This document shows, in pieces, positions 18,955-28,680 of a DNA stretch of 64,000 nt. The first letter of the stretch is position 1. The number at the start of each line of letters is the position of its first letter. The stretch lies in contig JAFGMG010000012.1 in the NCBI GenBank assembly GCA_016927655.1, forward strand, positions 42,618 to 106,617. Reading direction: 5' to 3'. This DNA is from Candidatus Dojkabacteria bacterium (GTDB lineage: Bacteria > Patescibacteriota > Dojkabacteria > B142 > JAFGMG01). The notes beneath the pieces were generated by a model. It saw only the letters and a program-made list of their open reading frames with translations, was not told the DNA's origin and did not search any database. Position numbers and translations under genes: made by a program.

Positions 18955-20175
18955 TCAGAGTTCGGAGCCATATTCCTCAAGAAGTTGATTGTATTGATCA
19001 ATTTCTTCCTGGGTCATACCCGATGACTGAAGATATAACTGAGTGAAGTATTCCTCTAGACTCACAGCATCACTTGGAACTTCTACTGCGTCCTCAACTT
19101 TATCATAATCCCAAAGCTGGAGATTTAGTGAAAGTGAGGTTCCATCATCAAAATCAAAAGTTGCATTAACTTTATATATGTGGCTGTCTCTTCTTCCGCT
19201 ACATACATCAAGGGTCAGTGTTCCGCCCTCGCCTATTGATGCTAATTCACTATCACTTACTTCCTGCTCCCAGATCTCTGCTCCTTTTGTAGCAAGACCC
19301 TCCATTCCAGATTTATCAAGAGTCATTCTAAAACAGTTTGTTCGAACTCCCTCAATGACCTCATCATCAGTTCTTACCAAAACATCCGCCATTTCATCAC
19401 TATAGATAAATTCCTGAAGCTTTGTCAGATCAGCAGCAGTCATATCAGTTCCACCCACTAAACTGGTTACACTCTGATCTAACCCCAGACTCGAAACTGT
19501 ATCAGCAGATGAGCTTCCATCCATTGAAAGCCATTGCCCAGTTAGTGTAGTTGCATCCATTCCAAGTCCTTGAGCCAATGATGCAGGTAATTCGGATAGG
19601 TATAAGTAAGCTACATCATCTGTGTATCTCATCTCGCCGGCAAAATCCATATCTGCTCCTTGAACAGTATAAGTACCAGTTACGTCTGCATCTATCTGGC
19701 TTTTTTCATTAGCCATCCTTGTGAATCCGGCTACATTCAAATCTACACTGCCATTATCTCCCATATCAGCTGTAAGCGTTGCATCATATCTGAAGTTATC
19801 CGCCTCAAATTTGTCTTTGATCAAAGCCTCGGCCTCAGCTTTTGTATAACCGCTGTCCTCTGTTGCCATATCGGCAAGCATAGAAAAGACGAAGTCATTT
19901 ACATCATCTTGGATAGCTTCATCAGTCATACCTTCTGTAGCAACTGTATTCTCAACAGTTTCTACAACTCCAGAAAATACTGGCACATTTTTATTGCTAA
20001 AAAAAGCATATGCGGTACCACCAAGTAATAGTGCTACCAGACAGCCTCCAACAAGCACACAGCCAAGAATCAGCATTTTCATGCCGGAGCCGGCGCCTTT
20101 TTTCATGGAGGATTTAGGCATTTCTGCAGGGACTGCAGAACCTTCTTCCTTTTCCATAACAGATAAAAGTAACAA
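18955..20175 (-). CDS. Membrane-anchored acidic secreted protein (hypothetical)
   Basis: N-terminal TM helix. D/E/T-rich, 406 aa. Confidence 0.5.
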   Translation of the reverse strand: MLLLSVMEKEEGSAVPAEMPKSSMKKGAGSGMKMLILGCVLVGGCLVALLLGGTAYAFFSNKNVPVFSGVVETVENTVATEGMTDEAIQDDVNDFVFSMLADMATEDSGYTKAEAEALIKDKFEADNFRYDATLTADMGDNGSVDLNVAGFTRMANEKSQIDADVTGTYTVQGADMDFAGEMRYTDDVAYLYLSELPASLAQGLGMDATTLTGQWLSMDGSSSADTVSSLGLDQSVTSLVGGTDMTAADLTKLQEFIYSDEMADVLVRTDDEVIEGVRTNCFRMTLDKSGMEGLATKGAEIWEQEVSDSELASIGEGGTLTLDVCSGRRDSHIYKVNATFDFDDGTSLSLNLQLWDYDKVEDAVEVPSDAVSLEEYFTQLYLQSSGMTQEEIDQYNQLLEEYGSEL

Positions 20176-20231
20176 ATTATATTTTCATAATAGCAAGGAG
20201 AATTTTGGAATGCAAGAATCGGGCCAAATTG

Positions 20232-21467
20232 TTAGCTTCTAATTAATTTGTCGAACAACTCTTGCTGTTGCATTATCTTTGATTCTGTTTCGTTTCTTTG
20301 CTTTACCTCATAGCCGCCGGACTCAAGAGACCTCTTGCTTATGACCAATCTAATTGGATTACCAATGAGATCAGCGTCTGTAAATTTTTCTCCCGCGCTT
20401 GTATCTCTATCATCCCAAAGCACCTCAACCCCTTTTTCCATAAGGTCTTTGTAAAGACTCTCGGACTCGTTTTTCACCTCTTCGTCCTCACCAAGAGAAA
20501 TTAGATGGACCTGGAAAGGAGCCACATTCTCGGGCCAGATAATACCGTTTTCATCATGGAATTTCTCGACAATAACCCCCATAGCTCTGGTGGTCCCGAT
20601 CCCATAACAGCCCATAAATGGGTACTTTTCTTCACCACTTGCGTCAGTAAAACTGAATTCAAAATCTTTCGGATATTTTTGGGCAAGATCGAAAACATTT
20701 CCCACTTCTGCCGCTTTTGCTTTTTGTAATTTTGCTCCGCACTTTTTGCATTCGGCCAGATCTCCTGCAATTTCCTGATTTATGCAAAAGTCACATTTAT
20801 CGCAATATAAAATATCATCTTCACCAGCATCTGTCAGAACCATAAATTCATAAGAAATCTTCTTTGAAAAGCTTCCACCCGAAGCTTCTGTGACTTTTGC
20901 AGTCAATCCAAGTCTCTCAAAGATTTTCTTATAAGCTCCCTTCACTTCCTCATAAAACTTCAAAAAATCTTCAGGGGTTTCATGAAAACTGTACATATCT
21001 TTCATTCCAAATTCTCTGCCCCTCAATATTCCAGATTTGGCTCGAAGTTCGTCGCGGTATTTATTCTGAATCTGATAAACTGCTACTGGCATATCTTTGT
21101 ATGAATTTACGTATTCTTTTAAAAGCGGTGTGACGACTTCTTCTTCGCTCTGACCCAAAGCGTAATCTTTTTCTGTTCGGCTTTTGATTTTGAACAGAAC
21201 ATCAACGCCGTCCCACGCTCCAGTCTGTTTCCAGTTTTCGGAAGGATGAAGTGCAGGCATTTTTATTTCCTGTCCACCGATTGCATCCATTTCTTCGCGA
21301 ATTACATCTTCAATCTTCCTTAGAACTCTCAAGCCTAATGGCAATATGGTATAAACACCAGCCATCAATTGATTTACAAATCCAGCTTTTGTCAAAAGTG
21401 TTGCGTTTATTGTGTCATATTCTTTTGCAGTTTTATCTGTTCTTGTGAACAGCGTAGACATTTTCAT
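20232..21467 (-). CDS. proS: Prolyl-tRNA synthetase (bacterial type, INS editing domain replaced by a Cys4 mini-insertion)
   Basis: Class II motifs (…RGREFGMKDMYSFHE; GCYGIGTTRAMG). CDKCDFC...CKKCG zinc-ribbon-like insert. Only 411 aa. Confidence 0.82.
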   Translation of the reverse strand: MKMSTLFTRTDKTAKEYDTINATLLTKAGFVNQLMAGVYTILPLGLRVLRKIEDVIREEMDAIGGQEIKMPALHPSENWKQTGAWDGVDVLFKIKSRTEKDYALGQSEEEVVTPLLKEYVNSYKDMPVAVYQIQNKYRDELRAKSGILRGREFGMKDMYSFHETPEDFLKFYEEVKGAYKKIFERLGLTAKVTEASGGSFSKKISYEFMVLTDAGEDDILYCDKCDFCINQEIAGDLAECKKCGAKLQKAKAAEVGNVFDLAQKYPKDFEFSFTDASGEEKYPFMGCYGIGTTRAMGVIVEKFHDENGIIWPENVAPFQVHLISLGEDEEVKNESESLYKDLMEKGVEVLWDDRDTSAGEKFTDADLIGNPIRLVISKRSLESGGYEVKQRNETESKIMQQQELFDKLIRS

Positions 21468-21507
21468 ATGAATTTTACTAACAAGTTATTCAAATTTAGC
21501 TATTAGA

Positions 21508-21996
21508 TTAAAAAGGTAAATCATCCGGGTCGATCTCGTCGGTACTGACCGGCTTTTGGTTCTGACTTCCTGATTTTGGATCTTCTTTTACAGATTTATC
21601 TTCCGCCATTTCTCTTGGTTCACCGCCTTTGCCCGGCTGCTCACTGCCACGCTCATAACGATCTAGCAAAATCACCCTATCTGCTACAATCTCCGTTCTA
21701 TAATTTTTCTTTCCATCCTGATCGTCCCAGCTTCTTGTCTGCAATCTTCCTTTTACATAGATTCTAGTCCCTTTACTTGCCCTCTGGCTCAAATACTCGG
21801 CGTCATTCCCCCATACGACAACATTGTGAAATGCCACTTCTTCAGTCCATTCCTCCGCACCCTGCTTCCTGTAGCTCCTATTGGTTGCAACGGAAAAATT
21901 TACAACAGCGCTTCCGCCTGTTGTGTATCTGACTTCAAGGTCTTGAGTGATATTGCCGATTATTTGTGCTTCGTTGAGATCTCCAAAAACTGCCAT
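21508..21996 (-). CDS. ssb: Single-stranded DNA-binding protein
   Basis: OB-fold ...FHNVVVWGNDAEYLSQRASKGTRIYVKGRLQTRSW and the C-terminal DDLPF tail. Confidence 0.88.
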   Translation of the reverse strand: MAVFGDLNEAQIIGNITQDLEVRYTTGGSAVVNFSVATNRSYRKQGAEEWTEEVAFHNVVVWGNDAEYLSQRASKGTRIYVKGRLQTRSWDDQDGKKNYRTEIVADRVILLDRYERGSEQPGKGGEPREMAEDKSVKEDPKSGSQNQKPVSTDEIDPDDLPF

Positions 21997-22033
21997 GCTT
22001 TTACTTTAAGAAGTTAAATCTATTTGAGTTATT

Positions 22034-22933
22034 CTAACATAAAACAGCATCGAAATATCTTCTTGCAAGTTCAAACTGCCCCGAAACATCCCCACTTCTG
22101 CGCAATATCTCCAACCTAGTCAATAATTCTACCGGCCCCATTGCTTCAGATCCATCATCAAGAGGCATACGAAATCTTTGATCACTAGCTGCTAGACACA
22201 GATTATTTGGATCTCTCAGCATTTCCAGTTCTAAATTCTTATTAACAGTGCCCTGAGCCAGCACTTGATCAGCACCTGGGACAAAGTAGCAGCTTTTAGC
22301 TAATCTCTGCCTTGCTTCAAGCTCGGGATTTGAAGTATTTCCTGCATTCATTCCAAATCCTGCCCTTATCCAGGGAGGTATCCTTTGGCCGCCAATTTTA
22401 ATATCTGGGATAGTTCTTGTTGCATGTATTTCACTAGGATAATCTTTCAATGCATCTGTCCCAAATTTTTCTGTAACAGCAAATAATTCCACCGTTGTTT
22501 TTTGGGATCCATTGTCCCCGTTTCCTCCTGAGAGTATTTTGTTTCGAATATTCTTGTAAGCTAATAATTTATCCGCAATATCATCTAAAACCAGAAATTT
22601 TCCATTTGGATCTACAGAAGAATCAAGAAAATAATCTCCTTCTCTGCTCTGTGCATCATCAGGAAGCTTTGCAGCAAAAATGATATTAGGCAAATTATCT
22701 GCTGTTATGTCTTTCAGAACATACAAAGCAGGAACAACCCCTCCATTTAGAGGAACAACTAAAGTTGGCATCCTACCGGTTTCGGTCGATATCTCATTAA
22801 TTCTATCTCGGACAGTATTGGAGTATTTATCAAGCACAATATCGACATCCTGCATCCCGGGAACTATCAATAATTCACCATTTAACAGCGACCTATCTTC
22901 TAATTTAGGGATTGGATCCATTATGTATAACAA
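22034..22933 (-). CDS. Hypothetical protein (weak PRTase-like FLVLDDIAD segment)
   Basis: 299-aa ORF. Its composition is somewhat GC- and Arg-richer than its neighbours. Confidence 0.45.
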   Translation of the reverse strand: MLYIMDPIPKLEDRSLLNGELLIVPGMQDVDIVLDKYSNTVRDRINEISTETGRMPTLVVPLNGGVVPALYVLKDITADNLPNIIFAAKLPDDAQSREGDYFLDSSVDPNGKFLVLDDIADKLLAYKNIRNKILSGGNGDNGSQKTTVELFAVTEKFGTDALKDYPSEIHATRTIPDIKIGGQRIPPWIRAGFGMNAGNTSNPELEARQRLAKSCYFVPGADQVLAQGTVNKNLELEMLRDPNNLCLAASDQRFRMPLDDGSEAMGPVELLTRLEILRRSGDVSGQFELARRYFDAVLC

Positions 22934-22981
22934 AATTAAATATGCAACTGTTATTACAATAAATTCAGCTATACTAAAATC

Positions 22982-23527
22982 TCAAGAAGAAAACTCGAGT
23001 AATATTTCCGCACTAAAATTGATATTTGTTTTCGGCTCAACTGATATTTCAAATTCCATACTTTCTCCACTTCTAAGTGCAAACATTTTTTTGGCTGAAG
23101 AGTTCAGCGCAATCTCCGCTTTTGATGATTCATTTTTCAAAATGACTACAGCACTATCCTCAATTGCCAGCGAAGAATCTGCTCTTATAAATAGTTTCCT
23201 CGTTTCGCCTGATTTATTAGTAATTCTAACAAGCTTCGATTCTAATGCCCTCTCAAGCGAATCAAAATTTAGAGCTAAACGATAATTCGTATTATCCGAT
23301 CTATCCTGCGAAATAGAAAAGGACGAACTATTTCTCCAGATTGGTTCATATTCAAGTCCTTTCAAAGATGCCTCGCCTAATATTGAATTTTGATTTGCAA
23401 CGGCAAAATCTGATTCTTCATAGTTTATTGGAGAGAGCGCCACTGTAACCAAAAAGGCTACCACCACAAGCCCGATACAAAGGGATACAATAGCTCCATC
23501 AGTTAAAAATTGCATTAAGGATTTCAT
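22982..23527 (-). CDS. Membrane-anchored hypothetical protein
   Basis: N-terminal hydrophobic helix; 181 aa. Confidence 0.45.
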   Translation of the reverse strand: MKSLMQFLTDGAIVSLCIGLVVVAFLVTVALSPINYEESDFAVANQNSILGEASLKGLEYEPIWRNSSSFSISQDRSDNTNYRLALNFDSLERALESKLVRITNKSGETRKLFIRADSSLAIEDSAVVILKNESSKAEIALNSSAKKMFALRSGESMEFEISVEPKTNINFSAEILLEFSS

Positions 23528-23565
23528 ATTGATTCTTTCACTATCTACAGCGTATAGCAGAACAC

Positions 23566-25125
23566 CTAAAGCGTCAAGAGGTTCTGGCCCTCCATTTCCA
23601 AAGGCTTTTCGATATTGAAGTGCGCCAACACAGTTGGCGCAATATCCACGAGGCTTCCATATTCCAATTCCTTTTTCTTAAGACCTTTTCCAACTGCGAT
23701 AAAAGGTACGTCATTACTTGAGTGTTTCGTGTCGATTTCACCCGTTCTTGTATTGATCAATTCCTCGCAATTACCATGATCCGCGGTAACTAATAATAAA
23801 GCGTCTTTTTTCATTCCATACTCAACAACCCGCCCAAGCTGGGCATCCACCACCTCCATAGCCTTTATCGAAGCCTCAAGAACTCCTGTGTGGCTTACCA
23901 TATCAGGAGCTGCAAAATTGATCAAAGCAAAGCCATATTTTTTATCCTCGTCATATTTAATAAATGTATCAGCTATTTCCTTTGATCTCATCTCAGGAGC
24001 CTGGTCATAAGTAGCCACAGCCCTGTTCGATGGGACCTCAATCTGATCCGCACCCTCATAAAGCACCTCATTTTCCCCATCGAAAAAATACGTCACATGC
24101 GGAAATTTTTCAGATTCAGCGAGTCTTAACTGGCTTATTCGATTTGTACTTAGAACTTCTCCGAGGCATTTTGTTACCTTTTCTCTTGGAAAAGCGATAT
24201 GAGGTGGAAAGCCATGATTATAATCAGTCATACCGACGTAATATAAATTTTCTATCTTTTCTCTTTGAAAGCCCTGGAAATCATCTTGCATAAAAGCCTG
24301 AGTGATTTGAAGAGCACGATCGGGACGAAAGTCAAAGTTTATAACACTATCACCAGCCTGGATCTTTGCAACCCCGCCATCGAAGTTATTAATAATGTAC
24401 GGCTCTACATATTCATCACTTTTTCCTTTTTTATAATATTTCTCAAGAACAACTTCGTACCCATCAACTTTCGTACCAAGTGATTTTGTCATCATTTCAT
24501 AGGCAATTTTTGTACGCTCCCATCTTCCGTCTCTGTCTTTCGCGTAGTATCTGCCGATAAAACTTGCAATTCTGCCCAGCCGCTTCCCATCCATATACCC
24601 GTCAATTTTTTTCAATACCCTGGCTCCCGCATCAGTAGAAGAGTCTCTCCCATCAAGAATCGCATGTAAAAATACTTTGTCTGGATTAAATTTCTGCTTA
24701 TCTAGAAGATCGATCAACGCAAATAAATGATCAAGGTTCGAATGAACGAGACCATTTCCAACCAAACCAATTAAATGGATTGCGCCATTATTTTTCTTAG
24801 CGTGTTCTATCGCAGCCAGGAATTCTTTATTGTTTCTAAAACTACCTGTTTCAATCGCATTATCAATCCTAGGCAGATCCTGCAGGATTACCTTGCCAGC
24901 CCCCATCGTAAGATGTCCGACTTCGCTGTTCCCGTCTGCATCTTGTGGTAATCCAACGTATTTACCATATGCTTTTAAAACCGTATGAGGATATTTTTGC
25001 CAGAGCTTATCAAGATTTGGAGTATTTGCCAGCGTTACGGCATTGCCAGGTCCCGGAGGAGCCACACCAACCCCATCCATTATCACCAAAATTACTTTCG
25101 CAAAATCTTTTTTGAATAATGCCAT
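23566..25125 (-). CDS. gpmI: 2,3-bisphosphoglycerate-independent phosphoglycerate mutase
   Basis: VILVIMDGVGVAPPGPGNAV... N-terminus and metal-binding ...ADHGNCE motif. 519 aa. Confidence 0.88.
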   Translation of the reverse strand: MALFKKDFAKVILVIMDGVGVAPPGPGNAVTLANTPNLDKLWQKYPHTVLKAYGKYVGLPQDADGNSEVGHLTMGAGKVILQDLPRIDNAIETGSFRNNKEFLAAIEHAKKNNGAIHLIGLVGNGLVHSNLDHLFALIDLLDKQKFNPDKVFLHAILDGRDSSTDAGARVLKKIDGYMDGKRLGRIASFIGRYYAKDRDGRWERTKIAYEMMTKSLGTKVDGYEVVLEKYYKKGKSDEYVEPYIINNFDGGVAKIQAGDSVINFDFRPDRALQITQAFMQDDFQGFQREKIENLYYVGMTDYNHGFPPHIAFPREKVTKCLGEVLSTNRISQLRLAESEKFPHVTYFFDGENEVLYEGADQIEVPSNRAVATYDQAPEMRSKEIADTFIKYDEDKKYGFALINFAAPDMVSHTGVLEASIKAMEVVDAQLGRVVEYGMKKDALLLVTADHGNCEELINTRTGEIDTKHSSNDVPFIAVGKGLKKKELEYGSLVDIAPTVLAHFNIEKPLEMEGQNLLTL

Positions 25126-25140
25126 GGGCAGAGTAACTTT

Positions 25141-25767
25141 CTAGTCTAAAATAAATCCGTCTTCTGTAATATACAAATTGTACGATTTTGCTTCATTCTG
25201 CACAAATTTTGTGGCAAAATTTCCATAAATACTATCTACTAGAAATTCATAGTCGCCTTCATTTCTCTGCAGCCTTTTCCAGTATTCATCAGTTCCGCCA
25301 TTAAGCTCGTAAAGACTGCGGTGTCCTTGTTCTGCTGCAATATTTGCCTTTTTAACATCAGTATAATCTCCTTCCAGCCTTGTGACTTTGTATATATTCT
25401 CCAAATTGAGTAACAGCCAGAAATCATCAAATTTCACAATTTCACCTCCTACTTCGAAATGATCGCCATATAGAGTATAGCTCGCACTTTCGTCGTATTC
25501 ATCAATTCCCGGCCTATTTGAAGTAAGAATTGTCAGAAGCCCCGATTGCTGTTTCTTTGGCCTGTATGTCAAATCAAAATATTCATACCCGTTTTCATCA
25601 GTCTTCAGCTCACTGACTTGGATTTCAGCAACCAGCGTTTTTGCAGTAAAAACCCGATATGTGTGCAGCCAGGAGGCAAAAGAAATTATTACAATAAAAA
25701 CCCCGCAAAATACAAGAAGGATGATAATTAAAATCAAACTAAAGATTATCTTCAGGGTATTTTTCAT
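25141..25767 (-). CDS. Membrane-anchored hypothetical protein
   Basis: N-terminal TM; 208 aa. Confidence 0.5.
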   Translation of the reverse strand: MKNTLKIIFSLILIIILLVFCGVFIVIISFASWLHTYRVFTAKTLVAEIQVSELKTDENGYEYFDLTYRPKKQQSGLLTILTSNRPGIDEYDESASYTLYGDHFEVGGEIVKFDDFWLLLNLENIYKVTRLEGDYTDVKKANIAAEQGHRSLYELNGGTDEYWKRLQRNEGDYEFLVDSIYGNFATKFVQNEAKSYNLYITEDGFILD

Positions 25768-25846
25768 TCATCAATTTCATTAAGAATTAGTACATTATAT
25801 TACAATTTCGGCATAAATATCTAACCTTCCTTGAAGCAGCGACCTT

Positions 25847-27259
25847 TTGTTGCTACAATTACTCATGCAAAAACAAAAAACAAAAATTCTTTGTACTATC
25901 GGACCATCTACATGGGATGAGAATGTCTTACGTTCTATGGTCAATGAAGGCATGACAATCGCAAGGATTAACGGAGCTTATGCAGACATTGCTGAATTAA
26001 AAAGAGTAGCAGCAACTATCAGATCAATTTCAAAAAATGTCGCCTTGATGCTAGATATAAAAGGGACAGAGGTTAGACTAAACAAATTCGAAACGCCGAT
26101 ACCGATCAAAATTGGAGATGAAATAGTACTTGGGAGTTCAAAGCAAAATGCTATTTACCCGGTGACTTATCCGGAGCTGTACAAAGACTTGAAGCCGGGC
26201 GATATGCTCAAACTTGATGACGGAAAGGTTTCACTTAGGGTGCAGAAAATCGAGAATCAAAAGATTATTGCCAAAGTGGGCCAAGGCAGAGAAATACTTC
26301 CCGGTAAAACGATAAATACACCGGGGATTCCTCTATCAAATCCGCCTCTAACCCCTACGGATATAGAGCAGATCAAATTTGCCGTAAATGATAATTGGGA
26401 CTTTGTTGCTGCCTCTTTCGTCAGGAACGCGCAGGATATTGAAGAGGTAAAAAAGCATCTTGGTAAATCAATTATCAAAGTTATGGCAAAAATTGAAGAT
26501 GAACAGGGGACAAAAAATATTGATGAAATAATTGATGCATGCGACGGGATTATTATTGCAAGAGGTGATATGGGAGTAGAAATGCCTTACGAACAGGTCC
26601 CGGCAATTCAGAAAATGATGGTGCAAAAATGCATATTGAAGGCCAAGCCTGCCATTGTCGCTACTCATATGCTCGAATCGATGATTGAAAATCCAAATGC
26701 AACAAGGGCGGAAATTAACGATGTAGCGAATGCAATATTTGATGGGACTGATTGCGTCTGGCTAAGTGCGGAGACCTCAAAAGGTAAATATCCTATTGAG
26801 GCGGTCCACACACTCAAAAGAATTTCACTCGAAATTGAAAAACATCTCATGCCGGAGATTTTGCACGGAGACCCTGATATCAACCCAATCACCGTTGCTC
26901 TTGCAAGAGGAGTAATCGACATTGTCGAGAGTGTGAGCATAGACAAAATTATTGTAGCAACAGGTACGGGAAAGACTGCAAGAATTATTTCGAGCTTCAG
27001 ACCGAGACAGCCAATTATTGCATTGACCAGCAATGAAACATACAAGCGTCAGCTCCAGGCTACTTGGGGAATAACCCCTATAGTTCTAGATACCGAAGTA
27101 AAAGACAGAGACAGAGGTGTGAAGAGAATTGTGAAAAGAGTCATGGCAGAAAAGCTCGTAGAGCCTGAGGATCTGGTTCTTGTGATAAGAGGCACTACCC
27201 CAATTACAAAGAAGACAAATTCCCTTGAGGTTGGCCTTGCTAAAGATATGGCTAAATAA
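25847..27259 (+). CDS. pyk: Pyruvate kinase
   Basis: KTKILCTIGPST...; ...IIARGDMGVE...; 470 aa. Confidence 0.88.
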   Translation: MLLQLLMQKQKTKILCTIGPSTWDENVLRSMVNEGMTIARINGAYADIAELKRVAATIRSISKNVALMLDIKGTEVRLNKFETPIPIKIGDEIVLGSSKQNAIYPVTYPELYKDLKPGDMLKLDDGKVSLRVQKIENQKIIAKVGQGREILPGKTINTPGIPLSNPPLTPTDIEQIKFAVNDNWDFVAASFVRNAQDIEEVKKHLGKSIIKVMAKIEDEQGTKNIDEIIDACDGIIIARGDMGVEMPYEQVPAIQKMMVQKCILKAKPAIVATHMLESMIENPNATRAEINDVANAIFDGTDCVWLSAETSKGKYPIEAVHTLKRISLEIEKHLMPEILHGDPDINPITVALARGVIDIVESVSIDKIIVATGTGKTARIISSFRPRQPIIALTSNETYKRQLQATWGITPIVLDTEVKDRDRGVKRIVKRVMAEKLVEPEDLVLVIRGTTPITKKTNSLEVGLAKDMAK

Positions 27260-27269
27260 CCACAGAATC

Positions 27270-28043
27270 CTACATAAACAGCATATAGGCAAGAATTGCT
27301 GACGCTGCCAGGATCGCAAGTATTAAAAATATTAATACAATTTGCATCATTCCTCCTGATCCACCTTTTTTGCCAGGTTTTTTTTGTGCTTTATCCATTT
27401 CGACTTTTTCATCCAAACTTGGAAGTCCTGTGTCTTCTGGTTGTGTGGGCGCTGCCATTATCTCTTCCAATTTATCTTGATTTGGTACTTCATGCACAGG
27501 TTCTGCAGGTTCTACTTTTACCGGTTGTTCCGCTGGTTGTTCTTCTGGTTGTTCTGCTGCAAGTTCAGGGAGTTTATCCAGTGTTACTTTTTCTTCAACT
27601 GGTTCTGCTATTTTGTTATCTGTAGATTCCATCATAGGAGCTGGTTCCATTACTGGTTCTGGGGTCATTGCCGGAGCTGGCTCTAATGTCGGTTCTATTG
27701 AAGGTTCGGGGGTAGTATCTTTAACCGGTTCCGGCATAGTAACCGGTGCCGGCTCAGTGCTTCCTTCTACTACATGTTCACTTCCATTGCCGTTTTTCAA
27801 TTCAGCATTTGGATCAATCGGCACTTCAGCCGGTTGCGTCACACCCGCTACAGTATCATCTGCAGGGATTTTCATTTCAGCATCCAGATCCACCGTTGTT
27901 GTTGCTGCGTCTTGATCTTGGTCTAAAGCTGCTTCTTGAGCTGGAGCCTGAGGTGTAGCCATTTCGTCCACAGGCGGCACTACTGGTGCTGCCGGATTTG
28001 TACTATCTAAAGCTGGTTCTGTACCTGTTTGTGGAATTGCCAT
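27270..28043 (-). CDS. Low-complexity Pro/Glu/Ala/Thr-rich protein with C-terminal TM tail-anchor
   Basis: Reiterated PEPV/TPEP/EPAP units at protein and DNA level. C-terminal MMQIVLIFLILAILAASAILAYMLFM. Confidence 0.5.
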   Translation of the reverse strand: MAIPQTGTEPALDSTNPAAPVVPPVDEMATPQAPAQEAALDQDQDAATTTVDLDAEMKIPADDTVAGVTQPAEVPIDPNAELKNGNGSEHVVEGSTEPAPVTMPEPVKDTTPEPSIEPTLEPAPAMTPEPVMEPAPMMESTDNKIAEPVEEKVTLDKLPELAAEQPEEQPAEQPVKVEPAEPVHEVPNQDKLEEIMAAPTQPEDTGLPSLDEKVEMDKAQKKPGKKGGSGGMMQIVLIFLILAILAASAILAYMLFM

Positions 28044-28151
28044 AATTTTTATTAATTAATAAACAAATACAATATATAGAAAGCTGGAAGATATGACAAG
28101 AATTTTTTAAGTCTCAATCAGGTTCTTTTTGTGATAAAATTGAATGGAGTT

Positions 28152-28226
28152 GGTGTAGTAGCCAAGTAGTAAGGCAACGGTCTGCAAAACCGTTATACGC
28201 GGGTGCAATTCCCGCCTACACCTCCA
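28152..28226 (+). tRNA. tRNA-Cys (GCA)
   Basis: Acceptor GGTGTAG/CTACACC, anticodon loop CTGCAAA, T-arm GCGGG-TGCAATT-CCCGC, discriminator U73 (a Cys identity element), CCA encoded. Confidence 0.85.
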
Positions 28227-28228
28227 AA

Positions 28229-28301
28229 GCCGGCCTGTCTACCGACAGGTAGACATGGTGGAATTGGTAGACCTGCCTGCCGGCAGGCAGGCACGCTGGA
28301 C
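28229..28301 (+). pseudogene. Decayed duplicate of tRNA-Leu positions 1-32, interrupted by two perfect palindromic mini-insertions
   Basis: GCCGG[cctgtctaccgacaggtagac]ATGGTGGAATTGGTAGAC[ctgcctgccggcaggcagg]CACGCTGGAC matches the intact tRNA-Leu at 28559 onward, outside the bracketed inserts, up to the anticodon loop. Confidence 0.6.
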
Positions 28302-28315
28302 ATTAGAAACATTAA

Positions 28316-28612
28316 ATGTACTATGTTTATGCCATTAAAAGTCAAATTAGAAATTACATCTACGTAGGACTAACAAATAATATCAAAAGAAGGCTTGACC
28401 AACATAACAAGGGGAAATCTAAAACAACTAAACCTTACAGACCGTTTGGATTGATATATTTAAAAGAAGTTCGTACACGGAAAGAAGCCAGAGAAATTGA
28501 GAAGAATCTTAAATCAGGCTATAGAAAAGAGTACCTAAAAGGTTTAAAATCTAATAATGCCGGGATGGTGGAATTGGTAGACACGCTGGACTTAAAATCC
28601 AGTGGGAGTTAA
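28316..28612 (+). CDS. GIY-YIG nuclease domain protein; last ~18 codons read into tRNA-Leu
   Basis: YYVYAIKS...IYVGLTNNIKRRLDQHN is a GIY-YIG signature. The ORF overlaps the tRNA-Leu gene at 28559-28612. Confidence 0.7.
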   Translation: MYYVYAIKSQIRNYIYVGLTNNIKRRLDQHNKGKSKTTKPYRPFGLIYLKEVRTRKEAREIEKNLKSGYRKEYLKGLKSNNAGMVELVDTLDLKSSGS

Positions 28613-28644
28613 ATCCCGTGCGGGTTCAAGTCCCGCTCCCGGCA
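28559..28644 (+). tRNA. tRNA-Leu (TAA), class II with long variable arm
   Basis: Acceptor GCCGGGA/TCCCGGC, anticodon loop CTTAAAA, variable arm TGGGAGTTAAATCCCGT, T-arm GCGGG-TTCAAGT-CCCGC, discriminator A. Confidence 0.88.
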
Positions 28645-28680
28645 CTTTACCTAATCAAACTAGCCTTCAAGACAATACTT

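Noticed and set aside
28302-28558. Group I intron in tRNA-Leu(UAA) carrying the GIY-YIG ORF
   Set aside because: The downstream tRNA-Leu is complete, including its own 5' half. The upstream copy breaks after position 32, not at the canonical U34/A35 site. The intervening 257 nt is too short for a group I core plus a homing endonuclease gene.
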